Source: an uncultured virus (IMG/VR IMGVR_UViG_3300030104_003133)
Lineage: Duplodnaviria > Heunggongvirae > Uroviricota > Caudoviricetes
Direction: 5' to 3' (one strand)
IMG/VR virus record: IMGVR_UViG_3300030104_003133
DNA: 20,000 nt
The translations under genes were made by a program, and so were the position numbers. The notes beneath the pieces are model-generated. The model was not told the origin of the DNA, searched no databases, and saw nothing but the letters and a program-made list of their open reading frames with translations. Below are positions 5,566 through 16,300 of the stretch, in pieces (the first letter of the stretch is position 1; every line of letters starts with the position of its first letter).

Positions 5566-8500
5566 ACAAAGTATGCTGATATAGTTCCTCTACCTAGATA
5601 TATTCCTGCTTGATTAGCCGTAGTTGAACGGAATAGAATAACATCACCTTTGTCGAAATCAATATCCTTATCAGCAGTAGCAGATATACCGTGTCCATTA
5701 GTAGCAACAGTTGCGGTTATATTAGCATTGGAAACTGCTGATTGAGTTGCATTTGCAGCAGTTGCTTTGTATATCTGAACAGTAGCACTGTTACCTGCGG
5801 TTTCATTACCATCATTTGCACAATTTAAGTGCATAAACTTCAAAGTGCAATCAACAGGTAATGCAATACCTTCGTTCTTTGCGTTACTAGAAGGTGCATC
5901 TCCTATATCAGCACCATTACCGAAAGACCAATGGAAACCATTTGAAGAACCAACATTCAGTTGCCAGTTACTTTCTTCTGCGGTAATGTAGAAAGAACCA
6001 GTAGTAGAAGAACCACCACCACCTGAAGACGCTTCAAGACCAATAGTACCTGCTGAATGGTCGTAAGTCATTACATAGTTATCTTGACCACTACCTACTG
6101 TTTGGTCTGCATTGAACATGAAGTTACCAAGTGCAACGTTTCCTGTGCCGTTTGGTTGAATTACTATTTTTTCATTTGCACCTTGAGTGATTTTAATTGT
6201 TCCAGAGTTTGTTCCAGAGTTTGTGCTTAGAGTTAAATCACCTGTTCCTTGTGTAGTTAAATCAACATCGTTATTGGACTTTCCAAGTGTGGTTCTAAGG
6301 GCATTCAACCTAATTAGACTGTTACCATTGCCCGCTTCATCTGCATTGAGATATATATTTGCATCAGCAGTAAATTGATTGTTACCGTTATTCAAGAATG
6401 ACATAAACGAATTCGTTTTTGTTCTGTGCTGCAACTTGAAGTCAGTAGAAGCATCACCTACAATTGCCGTATCAGTATAGAGTAGAATATTACCAGTACC
6501 ATGAGGCTCTATTGTTACATCTGCATTTGAATTAGATACGATTTTATTTGTATTAACATCTAAATTAGCACCTAACTGTGGTGAAGAATCACCACTTATG
6601 TCAGTCAAAAATGATGAATCATTATTAAACTGAGATAATTTAATTTCACTTACTAATTTTCTTCTTTCAGCACCATTATCTAGTAGAATCAATTCATCTT
6701 GTGAGCCAACAACATCTGCCGTCATGTCTGTAAATTCAGATAAATCAACACTAATAGTTGGAGTAGTAGTTGAGTTTGTTACATCTAAACCTATACCTAC
6801 GGTTACATCTGTTACTGTACCTGCATTAGTTGTAAAACCTGCTCCATTCGTTAGTTCATTGTTATTTGTTGGAATTTCACTTGTATATGCAATAGTAGAA
6901 GCAGTTCCCCAATTTGTATCATCTTGGTCTGCTCGGTAGTGATAGATTCTTTTTGTGCTAGTCTTAGAAAATGCCAGTAAGTTTGCATCTCCACCTGTAT
7001 GTCCTGTGAATGTATCTAATACTAAAGCATCAACATAATCAGAAGCGTTAGTGGTTGAACCATCCTCTAATCCTGTCTTTGTTGAGAATCTTCCTGATAT
7101 TTCTCTAATGGTATTTGCTAAGTCATCAGGAGCAAAATCCCTATCATCATCTGTCCTTATGTAAGGAGCGTATAATGTTCTGAAATCCAAGTCGAATGGG
7201 TCTGCATCTGAACCCGGAGATATATCAGAATAGTTGATGTCTATACTTGTGTTACCACTGTGGAACTTAATCTCTTTAGCGTGTGATATTGATACCTCAG
7301 TACCATCATCATCCTCTAGAATAAATGCCATTGGGCTTGTAATAAACCCTGCATCGTTATTGAAGCCTGATAGATTGATATTAGCCTTAGTTAGTTTCTT
7401 CATAGCATTGTTAGTATCTACTACCGCAAAGAAGTCACCATCTCCATCTGATGTAGACGTAGTTAATTCTGATAAGTCAAGATTTACTGCATTGGAAGTT
7501 ACTGATATACCTGTACCATTTCCTACTGCTAGTGAAACACCGCCAGATGAGCCACCTCCCGTTAAACCTGCACCTGCGGTTACACCAGTTATATCTCCTG
7601 TATTAGCGTCAACATAACTAAACGAACCATCACCATCTGATTGAATAAGTTGTCCAGAAGTTCCATCACCACTAATATTCAATTGTGTAGCACTAACCGA
7701 ATTGTCTTTCAATGCGAAAGTTAAATCATATGGGTCGCCATCTGAACCATTACTTGTATCAGTCCAGTTAATATCAATACCAGTACCTTCAACAAACTTC
7801 ACTTCTTTACCGTGACTAATTGTAACTTCTGTTCCATCACCGTCTTCTAATTGGAATGTGGTTAATTGATTGGTGTTATCATTTGCAGTCATATCATCTA
7901 CTACTAAATCAATCGTTCCATCTCCGTCTTGATATGTTGCACTTATTCTAGTTTCAGTATTGCTACTAAACATAGCCCCTACAATGTCTTGGACTTGTTC
8001 TGTGCTTAGTTGTGTATCTGTATTAGTTATTGCACCTGTCGCTGCACCAAGATAACCCCATTGTGCTGCGGATATAGTTGTACTACCAATGTTTTCTAAC
8101 TGCGCTCCTTCTGCTGCGGTTAAGTTGCTTAATTCAGTTACTTGTGAAATTCCTATTGTTTTATTTGTTAAGGTTTGAGAACCCGATAATGTAGCAACTG
8201 TGTTATCAATAGCAACAGTTATGTTTCCACTTGAACCGCTATTAGCACCACTAATACCTGTACCTGTTGTTATAGTCTGATTGTTCTCTCCTCCGGCTGC
8301 ACCAGTAACTAATGTGAAATTGTCATCTGCATGATTATATGTCACTACCATGTTATCTTGGTCACCACCAACAGAAGCATTTGAGAACTTAATATGACTA
8401 GCAAGGATTTGATTATCTGCTATCTTAGCATCTGTAATAGCATCATTGGCTATTCTTGCAGTACCAAATGTACCACTAGTAATTTTACTGGCAGCAAGAT

Positions 8501-11500
8501 TAGGAATCCTAGCAGTACCAAAAGTACCGGATGTAATCTTTGATGCTGCTAAATTACCTAATTGTGCATTAGTTATTGTTGAATTACTAATTTGTCCCGC
8601 TATTGTATCTGCGGTAATTGAACCACCTAATGATGTAGAAGTACCTGCAATTGTTATTGCGCTATTTGATAGTTTAGAATTAGCAATTGAACCTGCTAAT
8701 TGAGCATTAGTAATACCTGATTCTTTGACTATAACTGCACCAGAAGATACTGCGAAATCATTTGAATTAAATGATGCAACACCTTTGTTTGATGTAGTAG
8801 CATCTTCAGCACTAAATGTAACTGTACCAGAACTCTCAGCAACATCAATACCTTCACCTGCTGCGAATGTTATTGTTCCACCTAATGCAGTAGCAGTTGA
8901 GTTTGAACCATCACTTACAGTAATAGTTGAATTAGATAATTTAGAGTTAGCAATAGAACCTGCAAGTTTAGCATTTGTAATAGCACTATCAGCGATTCTA
9001 GCAGTTGCGAATGTTCCTGATGTTATTTTGCTTGCTGCCAAATTTGGTATTCTAGCAGTTGCGAAAGAACCTGAATTTATCTTTGAGGCATCTAGATTAG
9101 GAACATGTGATGCAGATAAATTAGCAGTAATATTTCCGTTTACAGATAATGCTACCCCTGCTGATGCTGATACTGCTACTGTTCCACTTGCATTTGGTAG
9201 TGTTATTGTTCTATCAGTAGTAGCATCATTAGCAGTAAGTTTGATTTCATGGTCATCACCATCACCTGCTCTAAATGCTAATGTGTTATCTTCAACGATT
9301 TGTACTGTTTCACTACTATACTTCGTATCTCCTTTAACAGTTAAGTTTCCTTTGATTACAACGTTAGTATCTTCGCCTGAATCTCCTATGTTCAATGTAT
9401 CATTTTCATTCATTGTTGCTAATGATGATATTATGTTAGCCTTATCAGTTACATCAGCAGACGCTTCAATTGCATCCAATTTATTCTTTAGTGTGGTTGT
9501 AAAGTTACGCTGAGTAAGTCCACCATCTCCAACAGAATATTGAGTGTCGTTATCAGTCCAAGGTACATTGACATACATTTGTCCACTTGATAATTCAACA
9601 GGATAGTTCTTACCATTCTCGCTATAACCAATCTTAACTAATCCTAGTGTGCTACTTGTAGCAGTTGAATACGTTGTGTTATTATCTGTTGAAGTAATAG
9701 TGATTGTATCAGTTCCCGCCGTTGTTGTTATTGTTGTAGCACCTGCTCCTACTAAAGTTAGAGTATCAGTTTTTGAATCGGCTGCAACAGTTGTCTGCCC
9801 GCTTACTGCTACATTGCTAAATGCGTTTTGATTTGTTTCTCCACTTGCACTAGATAGTGCGAACCTTCCATCTAAATCAACGGTAACATCAGAAAGACCA
9901 CCGCTTCTACTTAGTGTCAATACACCATTGCTAGTATTGAATGTAGCATCATCTACTTGTCTATCTGTATTTGCTATTACGCTATTTTCTACAAATGCTT
10001 TGATAGATGCTTGTGATGCAGGTTTGGTAGCAGAATTGGAAGCCATATCATTTTCATTAATTATATCAGAAGATATAGAATAATTATTTGCAGTAGTAGT
10101 AATTGCACCTGTACTTGAATTGTAGGATATTAATCCTGAACCAGATAATTTACTTCTCACTTGTGCATCAGTTAATTGATTATCTTCATCAGCAACCCAA
10201 GATAAATTACCAGAACCATCGTTCTTCAATATAGTATTAGCACCGCCTTGCGCAGCAGGGAGTTTAATATCATAACTTGATGTTGTAGTAGCATGAGGCT
10301 TTAGTGTAACAAAATGAGATTCATCTGAATCAGCGAATGATATTCCTTCTCCTTGAGCATTAACAATAATTTTCTTTTGTGTGGTTACATCTGTATCTCT
10401 AAACTCGGCTACTAATACTCTACCACTATTACCCGCAGTAGATGTATTTCCATAAATGTGAACTTCTCCATTTGATGCCCTATTTTCTATTGCTACTGTA
10501 TTGCTATCAGCCGTTATAAAATTTCTTGCCGTACCCCCGGAATCCTTGTATTGTAATACTGCTTCACCACCAGAAGCACCTCCTTCCGTTTGGAAGTCGA
10601 ATAATATAGAACTTGGCCCAATAGTAACACTAGCGTTAGCCGAATCAACATCTTTGAATAAGAATAGTCCATCATCCTTTTCAAAGACTACATCACCACT
10701 ACCTACTGCCTTTATTTTGTTTCCATTAACATCTAAATCTCCACCTAATTGTGGTGTTGAATCTGCTGCTAAACTTGCTATTCCACTAGCAGGTAGATTA
10801 GTTAGATTCGCACCGCTTATAGCAGGTAATGTTGCCGGGAATCTTGCATCAGGTATTGTTCCTGAATTTAGGTTTGATGCGTTTAATGCAGAACCAGTAA
10901 TGAAACCTGCACCATTTGTCAATTGATTATTGTTAGTTGGTATTGTAGGTTTATTTTGGATGAAAGCATCTGAAGAGTCGCTTGTTTCATTGAAGTCTGC
11001 TTGAACGTTGACTTCTGCTCCATCAGCAGGTAACGTATTAGGGAATACCTTTCCTGTACCTACTAATTCTGATGAAGTAATCTTTGCTAATACATTTGTT
11101 ATTGAAGCACTTTTGAGAGAACCATTGTCAAACACATACAAGAAGTCTGCTGATGTATCTATACTAGTTCCTAAGTTTGATAAATCAGTAATATCACTAG
11201 AGGCTGCGTGTTGTATAACAGAAGACTTTGATAATCGGGCATCTGCAAACGTACCTGCATTAATCTTAGATGCGTTTAGATTTGGAATGTTACTAGCAAC
11301 TATTTCTCCTCTAATTGTAGCAGAAGACTTGTTCTCTACATTTCCTAATCCTACATCTGCTTTTGTTGTTCCTACATCTGAATGAGTAACACCTGCTCTA
11401 ATTGTAGCGGTTGAATTATTGTCTACGTTGCCTAATCCTACATCAGCCTTTACTAGTCCTAATGCTCCTTTAGCAACTGTAACTGCTACCCAATTTGCAG

Positions 11501-13040
11501 AGCCTAATGCTGATGCTCTATACATCTTATTATCATCATTTGAGTCTATCCATATATCACCAATCGCAGTAGCAGTAGGAGCATTATCAGAAACAAATGT
11601 AGTTACTTGTGGTTGATTCAAAACATTGCTAAGTCCAACATTTGCCTTAGTAGTACCTGCTCTTATTGTCGCAGTAGAATCGTTATCTACATTACCAAGA
11701 CCAACATTACCCTTTGTGACTGTAACATTGCTTGATAGAGCATGGCCGTTAACTGTTGTAGTGGTAGGTACTTTACCTGCTAATGATTGAATTAATCCAC
11801 CCGATACGCTACTATCCAATAGATAGTCTTCTAACTGTGCTAGTGTGTCAATAGCGTTAGAGTCTGCTCCAAGTAATGCATCTATTTTGGCTGCTGCCTT
11901 TCCTTCAATATATGTATCAGTCAATACATCTGTTCTATTCTTTGCAGAAGTAATATCGTTTGCTTGTGCCGTGGTAATTCCTATTTTTGCAGTATTAGTA
12001 GCCACCGCAGTTTCTAAGTTGCTTATATTTGGTATTGCTATTGTACCAGTAAATGTAGGATTGTCCAGATTTGCTTTTAGATTCAAAGCAGTTTGTTGTG
12101 CAGTAGAAACAGGTTTAGCAGAATCAGCAGTATTATCTACATTGCCTAAATTCACATCTCCTTTAACTAATGCTAGTTGTGACTTTACTTCTGCTATGCT
12201 TCTACCTTCTAAACCAGAACTAGTAAATCTAGCAAAGTCACCATTTTGAACAGAAGCATGGTCTACTTTTACTGCATTGGTGTTTGATATCCCAAACGTA
12301 AGTGAGCCTTGTACTCCTGTTGTTTTAGCAAGTGTTACTGCGTTATCAGCAATCATGCCAGTAGCAACAGTTTGTGAATCTCCTGTTGTAACTACTGTGC
12401 CTGTTATGCTTGGAACAGTTACAGTTTTGTTTGAACCTGATGCATCTGTAAATGCTAATTTAGTATGGTAAGCGTTTGATGTGTTATATGAATATATATC
12501 TCCATCAGTTTTTACCTCGAATCTCTTTCTGAAATCACCGCTATTTTCATCACCTGCGGTTAAGGTGTTAGTAGTTTTCTTTATTCCAACATACTGTATT
12601 TTTCTTTGAACTTGTTGTCCTGTTCCTTTTGCTATCTGAACAACACATATTGGAATATCACCATCTGTAAGGTCGGCAGTTTTAGCGGCTGAAGAACCTA
12701 AAGTATTCGTTCCTCTAAATGCTATTGCACCACTAGCGTTTATTACAATAAAACCATACCAATCATATGAGGAAGCACCTGTGAAGTCTGTACTGCTTTT
12801 ATCGCTTTGCGCTCCTAATGTTTTATACTCTCCTTTATCGAAGTAACCTCCGGCAGTTATATCGAATGTTCCATCTGATTGAGATGTAACTTGGAACCCA
12901 TGTGCAATGAACGAACCTGCATCAGCAGTATTCAATGCTTTGATAATACCGCTATGTAGGTTATCAATGCCGTCTTCCAATTGGTCGCTAGTTGTAGGTG
13001 CAACCTTCAATGTACTAATAAAGCCTGAAAATTCTGTCAT
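5556..13040 (-). CDS. Very long modular tail fibre / receptor-binding protein (2494 aa)
   Basis: S/T/G/A/N/D-rich, with GLGNVDN, NLAASKITSG and PQLGGDLDVN fibre-type repeats. A SSGGGGSS linker precedes a ~145-aa beta-rich C-terminal domain. Flanked by collar-like and chaperone genes; SD GGTGA. Confidence 0.88.
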   Translation of the reverse strand: MTEFSGFISTLKVAPTTSDQLEDGIDNLHSGIIKALNTADAGSFIAHGFQVTSQSDGTFDITAGGYFDKGEYKTLGAQSDKSSTDFTGASSYDWYGFIVINASGAIAFRGTNTLGSSAAKTADLTDGDIPICVVQIAKGTGQQVQRKIQYVGIKKTTNTLTAGDENSGDFRKRFEVKTDGDIYSYNTSNAYHTKLAFTDASGSNKTVTVPSITGTVVTTGDSQTVATGMIADNAVTLAKTTGVQGSLTFGISNTNAVKVDHASVQNGDFARFTSSGLEGRSIAEVKSQLALVKGDVNLGNVDNTADSAKPVSTAQQTALNLKANLDNPTFTGTIAIPNISNLETAVATNTAKIGITTAQANDITSAKNRTDVLTDTYIEGKAAAKIDALLGADSNAIDTLAQLEDYLLDSSVSGGLIQSLAGKVPTTTTVNGHALSSNVTVTKGNVGLGNVDNDSTATIRAGTTKANVGLSNVLNQPQVTTFVSDNAPTATAIGDIWIDSNDDNKMYRASALGSANWVAVTVAKGALGLVKADVGLGNVDNNSTATIRAGVTHSDVGTTKADVGLGNVENKSSATIRGEIVASNIPNLNASKINAGTFADARLSKSSVIQHAASSDITDLSNLGTSIDTSADFLYVFDNGSLKSASITNVLAKITSSELVGTGKVFPNTLPADGAEVNVQADFNETSDSSDAFIQNKPTIPTNNNQLTNGAGFITGSALNASNLNSGTIPDARFPATLPAISGANLTNLPASGIASLAADSTPQLGGDLDVNGNKIKAVGSGDVVFEKDDGLFLFKDVDSANASVTIGPSSILFDFQTEGGASGGEAVLQYKDSGGTARNFITADSNTVAIENRASNGEVHIYGNTSTAGNSGRVLVAEFRDTDVTTQKKIIVNAQGEGISFADSDESHFVTLKPHATTTSSYDIKLPAAQGGANTILKNDGSGNLSWVADEDNQLTDAQVRSKLSGSGLISYNSSTGAITTTANNYSISSDIINENDMASNSATKPASQASIKAFVENSVIANTDRQVDDATFNTSNGVLTLSRSGGLSDVTVDLDGRFALSSASGETNQNAFSNVAVSGQTTVAADSKTDTLTLVGAGATTITTTAGTDTITITSTDNNTTYSTATSSTLGLVKIGYSENGKNYPVELSSGQMYVNVPWTDNDTQYSVGDGGLTQRNFTTTLKNKLDAIEASADVTDKANIISSLATMNENDTLNIGDSGEDTNVVIKGNLTVKGDTKYSSETVQIVEDNTLAFRAGDGDDHEIKLTANDATTDRTITLPNASGTVAVSASAGVALSVNGNITANLSASHVPNLDASKINSGSFATARIPNLAASKITSGTFATARIADSAITNAKLAGSIANSKLSNSTITVSDGSNSTATALGGTITFAAGEGIDVAESSGTVTFSAEDATTSNKGVASFNSNDFAVSSGAVIVKESGITNAQLAGSIANSKLSNSAITIAGTSTSLGGSITADTIAGQISNSTITNAQLGNLAASKITSGTFGTARIPNLAASKITSGTFGTARIANDAITDAKIADNQILASHIKFSNASVGGDQDNMVVTYNHADDNFTLVTGAAGGENNQTITTGTGISGANSGSSGNITVAIDNTVATLSGSQTLTNKTIGISQVTELSNLTAAEGAQLENIGSTTISAAQWGYLGAATGAITNTDTQLSTEQVQDIVGAMFSSNTETRISATYQDGDGTIDLVVDDMTANDNTNQLTTFQLEDGDGTEVTISHGKEVKFVEGTGIDINWTDTSNGSDGDPYDLTFALKDNSVSATQLNISGDGTSGQLIQSDGDGSFSYVDANTGDITGVTAGAGLTGGGSSGGVSLAVGNGTGISVTSNAVNLDLSELTTSTSDGDGDFFAVVDTNNAMKKLTKANINLSGFNNDAGFITSPMAFILEDDDGTEVSISHAKEIKFHSGNTSIDINYSDISPGSDADPFDLDFRTLYAPYIRTDDDRDFAPDDLANTIREISGRFSTKTGLEDGSTTNASDYVDALVLDTFTGHTGGDANLLAFSKTSTKRIYHYRADQDDTNWGTASTIAYTSEIPTNNNELTNGAGFTTNAGTVTDVTVGIGLDVTNSTTTPTISVDLSEFTDMTADVVGSQDELILLDNGAERRKLVSEIKLSQFNNDSSFLTDISGDSSPQLGANLDVNTNKIVSNSNADVTIEPHGTGNILLYTDTAIVGDASTDFKLQHRTKTNSFMSFLNNGNNQFTADANIYLNADEAGNGNSLIRLNALRTTLGKSNNDVDLTTQGTGDLTLSTNSGTNSGTIKITQGANEKIVIQPNGTGNVALGNFMFNADQTVGSGQDNYVMTYDHSAGTIGLEASSGGGGSSTTGSFYITAEESNWQLNVGSSNGFHWSFGNGADIGDAPSSNAKNEGIALPVDCTLKFMHLNCANDGNETAGNSATVQIYKATAANATQSAVSNANITATVATNGHGISATADKDIDFDKGDVILFRSTTANQAGIYLGRGTISAYFVER
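8454..9104 (-). repeat. Coding repeats: 18-aa (I/V)PNLxASKIxSGxFxTAR x4 and ITNAxLAGSIANSKLSNS x2
   Basis: Tandem pairs with a 54-nt period at 8454-8555 and 8997-9104. An exact 15-mer TCTAGCAGTTGCGAA occurs at 8997 and 9051. Confidence 0.9.
11300..12170 (-). repeat. Coding repeats K(A/G)(D/N)VxLxNVxN x5, three of them followed by SxATIR
   Basis: KGDVNLGNVDN, KGNVGLGNVDNDSTATIRAG, KANVGLSNVLN, KADVGLGNVDNNSTATIRAG and KADVGLGNVENKSSATIRG in the translation. Boundaries approximate. Confidence 0.88.
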
Positions 13041-13387
13041 TAGGGAATCACCACCCTAAAAGTGAAACTTAATGTTTCATTTGATGCTAACGGGCCTATG
13101 CTCTTAAAGTTGACTCGGCTCAACATGTTGCCTCCACTAGAGGCATCAAATACACCCATTTCTGATATTACATTGGATAATAGTTCTGCACCTGTAAAGG
13201 TGATTGTATAGACTATTGTATTACCAACGACTTGTTTAGAGTCAACTGCTTTTCTAAAGATTTCATGGTCTAATGTATTTTGACTTGTTGAAGTATCATC
13301 ACCACCATCACCTACTGCAATATGACCGAAACCATTTGTTCCAATCAATAAATCGGCCGTTTTGTTTTTACCTGCATCTGTTATCAT
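13040..13387 (-). CDS. Stand-alone tail-collar / fibre-attachment-like protein (DUF3751-like, 115 aa)
   Basis: MITDAGK...HIAVGDG...LDHEIFR...ISEMGVFDASSGGNMLSR resembles the N-terminal attachment domain of P2 gpH-type fibres. ATGA overlap and SD GGAGG upstream. Confidence 0.7.
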   Translation of the reverse strand: MITDAGKNKTADLLIGTNGFGHIAVGDGGDDTSTSQNTLDHEIFRKAVDSKQVVGNTIVYTITFTGAELLSNVISEMGVFDASSGGNMLSRVNFKSIGPLASNETLSFTFRVVIP

Positions 13388-16300
13388 AATTCAATTTCCT
13401 CCGTTGTAACAACATCACTCCCTGCGTTCATTGGTGTTGACCAACCTATTAAGGTTGCCCACCCTAATGTTGTTCCTGTGGGAATGGCTCTTTGTGATAT
13501 TAATGAAACTTCATCTATACCAACCTCTTCAAACAAAGATTTACTGGTTACTTCAGCAGTAACGTCCTTTGTTAATAATGTGGAAAATCCTCCTTTTCTT
13601 TCTATATTCATTTCAGCGAGTCTTTCCGCTATTGTCTTATTAAACGTACCAACAGTTATTTTACTGATAGCAGACATAGCATTCTCTATTTCATATACAA
13701 TATAGTCATCGGGGGGAATGTTGTGATTAGGGAAGTTAAGTGTGATTAAATCACCGGGTTTCATTAATTTCATTTCATCCTTTCTTTCAATTTCAATAGT
13801 TACTTTTGTTGTCTTAGCATTGTGTAATGCCAGAAGTTGTTCTGCCTTTACTTGTGCTTCTTTAGAATATTTGATGTTAGAATCAATATGCGTCAAAGTC
13901 CTAGTATTTTTATCGGTAGGCATTTCTGTTGTGGCTTTTACATTATCTCCTATCACAACTACCTTGTTGGCTCTATCAAAGAGAGATGTGTTGTTTTCTG
14001 CACTTATCAGATTTTGACCATCCCTGTATCTAAGTGAAAATATTCTTCTCGATGAGTAATCATCAATATCTCTAATCTGAATTTTCTCTCCTTTGAATAC
14101 ATACTCTAGTCCTTTCTTTGATGCTAAGAAATTGACTGCGGTAAAGACATCATTCTCAGCAAACCTTGTGTTGATTATAAATGGCCTTCTTGTGTATTTT
14201 ACTAGTTCCTCATATTGTTGTGGAGTATAGAATGTATCAACTGTGCTATCGCTATCATAGTCAACATCATCTAATGTTAGTGTAGTAGTACCTTGACCTG
14301 ATGCTACTAAACCAATGAGTTTGCCATCTTGATTGTATATCGTATCTCCATTTGCTATTACATCAGTTGCTACTGCTGACTGTAAAGTGATGTTATTTCC
14401 AGAAGTACCACTAACAATAGCACCTGTGAATGTTAGGTTTCTCTCGCTATCATCCACTTCTATATCGTTCTCATTTAGGATTTCATTAATAGCGGTTTCA
14501 GCATCTAATCCTATTGCCATAGTAGTTCCTATGTATGCTCTTTCCACATCATTTTGTATTGGAGTGTTTGTTGTGATTGTAAATGCTTTACCAAAGGAAA
14601 CTACACCATTTCCTGATAGTGTTCCTTCATAGTCAAATCTTAGGCTTTCACGATTATTAGTGGTATCTTTGCTGACAGTAATGTTCTTTCTAGTTGTGGT
14701 ATGTCCATCAGTTATACAACAGTCAATCACTTCTCCGTTGTCGAATAGTTCTAGGCTTTGATTTACCAAATCTATATTCTCTATCATTTTATTATCAGAG
14801 TCTAAGTCGTCATCAACATCGAGTAAGACATACATCGAAACTATTCCCTCTCCTGTAAAGTTAGTAGTAGTAGCACCCATTGTTGCAGGTTCTCCTGTAT
14901 CTAATCTAGTTGCAGTATCATTGTATTGGAGTCCTGTATGTATCTCCTTGTTGAATTCAATAAAGCCCGGAGTTTCATCAAATGTAGTTTCTGATACTCT
15001 CATCAATCTATATCGTTGGTCTTGAGTAAAATTAGCATTCAATGTTAAAATATGAACTGCGTGTGTACTACTATCATTTACAGTATGTGAAATTATTTTC
15101 AAGGTGTCCTTACCATCACCTAGTTGAACTAAATAATATCCAGTTAGGTTAGGAGCATAGTGAATCCAATTGTGTGTATTGTTTGCATCCATTGTAATTG
15201 TAATTGTTGTGGTTTCTGTACTTTCTCCTAACTTAGATAAATCTGTTCTAATTGTAGGTTTAATTATCATCTGTGTTTGATATAACTCGCCAGTTGTACT
15301 TGTAACGTCATTATGATGTTGTTGACCTATTTGGGCAACCGCATCATCTCCACTAATAAAAGGTGCTTGTTTAGTCTTAGTTCCTATGTATGCAACGTTT
15401 GGGCTACCCAACTGGTCTATTCTCATATTACGGCTATGTTGTTGCCTATCGCTTTGTGTACCTACATTTTCTTCATAGTTATTGTAATTAGTTTGAGTAT
15501 CTAATTGTAATAGAGATGAAGTTGAAATTATGTCCCTTTGATTACTACCTTGTGATTCTTTTATTGCTCCTCTAAAATGCTTGAATACTCCTATGCAGTT
15601 ATCATACAGATGCGTACTTCTGGCTGCTTTGTATTGGTCTGGGCTAGGATAATCATCGGAAGTATCGCCATCGTCATCATATGTTGTGAATGTCTGCATT
15701 TGTAATGCGTTTATTATTCTAGAGTAATGCCAATATTTGATTGCATAGTCTTGTTCATCTTGACTAGTAGTGCTATCACCATCGAAGTCTAATGCCCAAT
15801 CTCCTTCTGAATGAAATGGAGAACGTCTAAAGTTATCATTGTTGCCAGAACTACTTCCATCATGATTAAATATTTCAGGTATAATTGGTAGGAAAATATT
15901 GTTAGGAATAAATGGATTTGCACCAAGACTGTTTGATTGTAATTTATCAACATGTTGAAAGTAGCCATCTTTCTTTACATGACCATAAGTAAGATAGACT
16001 GCAAGATGCCTCATGTCGTTAGCATTATTTAGTGAGTCTAATCCAAAACCATCATCTGTCAACATATCGAATACTCTTACATTTGCCTTGAATACAGAAG
16101 TAGACGTAGTGTTTTGGAATACAGTTACGTTTGAGCCTGTTATTATACCAGAACCATTAGTGGATATAGTTGCATATCCAGTACCGTTTATTCTAGCAAC
16201 AAGACTACCATCTGATGTTTTAAAGAACATATCTCCTTCCTTGAAGTTTCTTACTACTGACCCACTACAATTAATCTGATTAGTAGACGCATTTTGGGCA

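Noticed and set aside
8454..12170. CRISPR array or DGR template/variable repeat pair
   Set aside because: The repeats are in-frame, protein-level and synonymously diverged. There are no unique spacers, no adenine-specific mismatch pattern and no reverse transcriptase in the window.
13038..13065. Programmed -1 frameshift fusing the collar protein to the fibre
   Set aside because: In the fibre frame a TAG lies six codons upstream of the ATG, directly after the T-run, and no slippery heptamer follows it. A GGTGA SD supports independent initiation.
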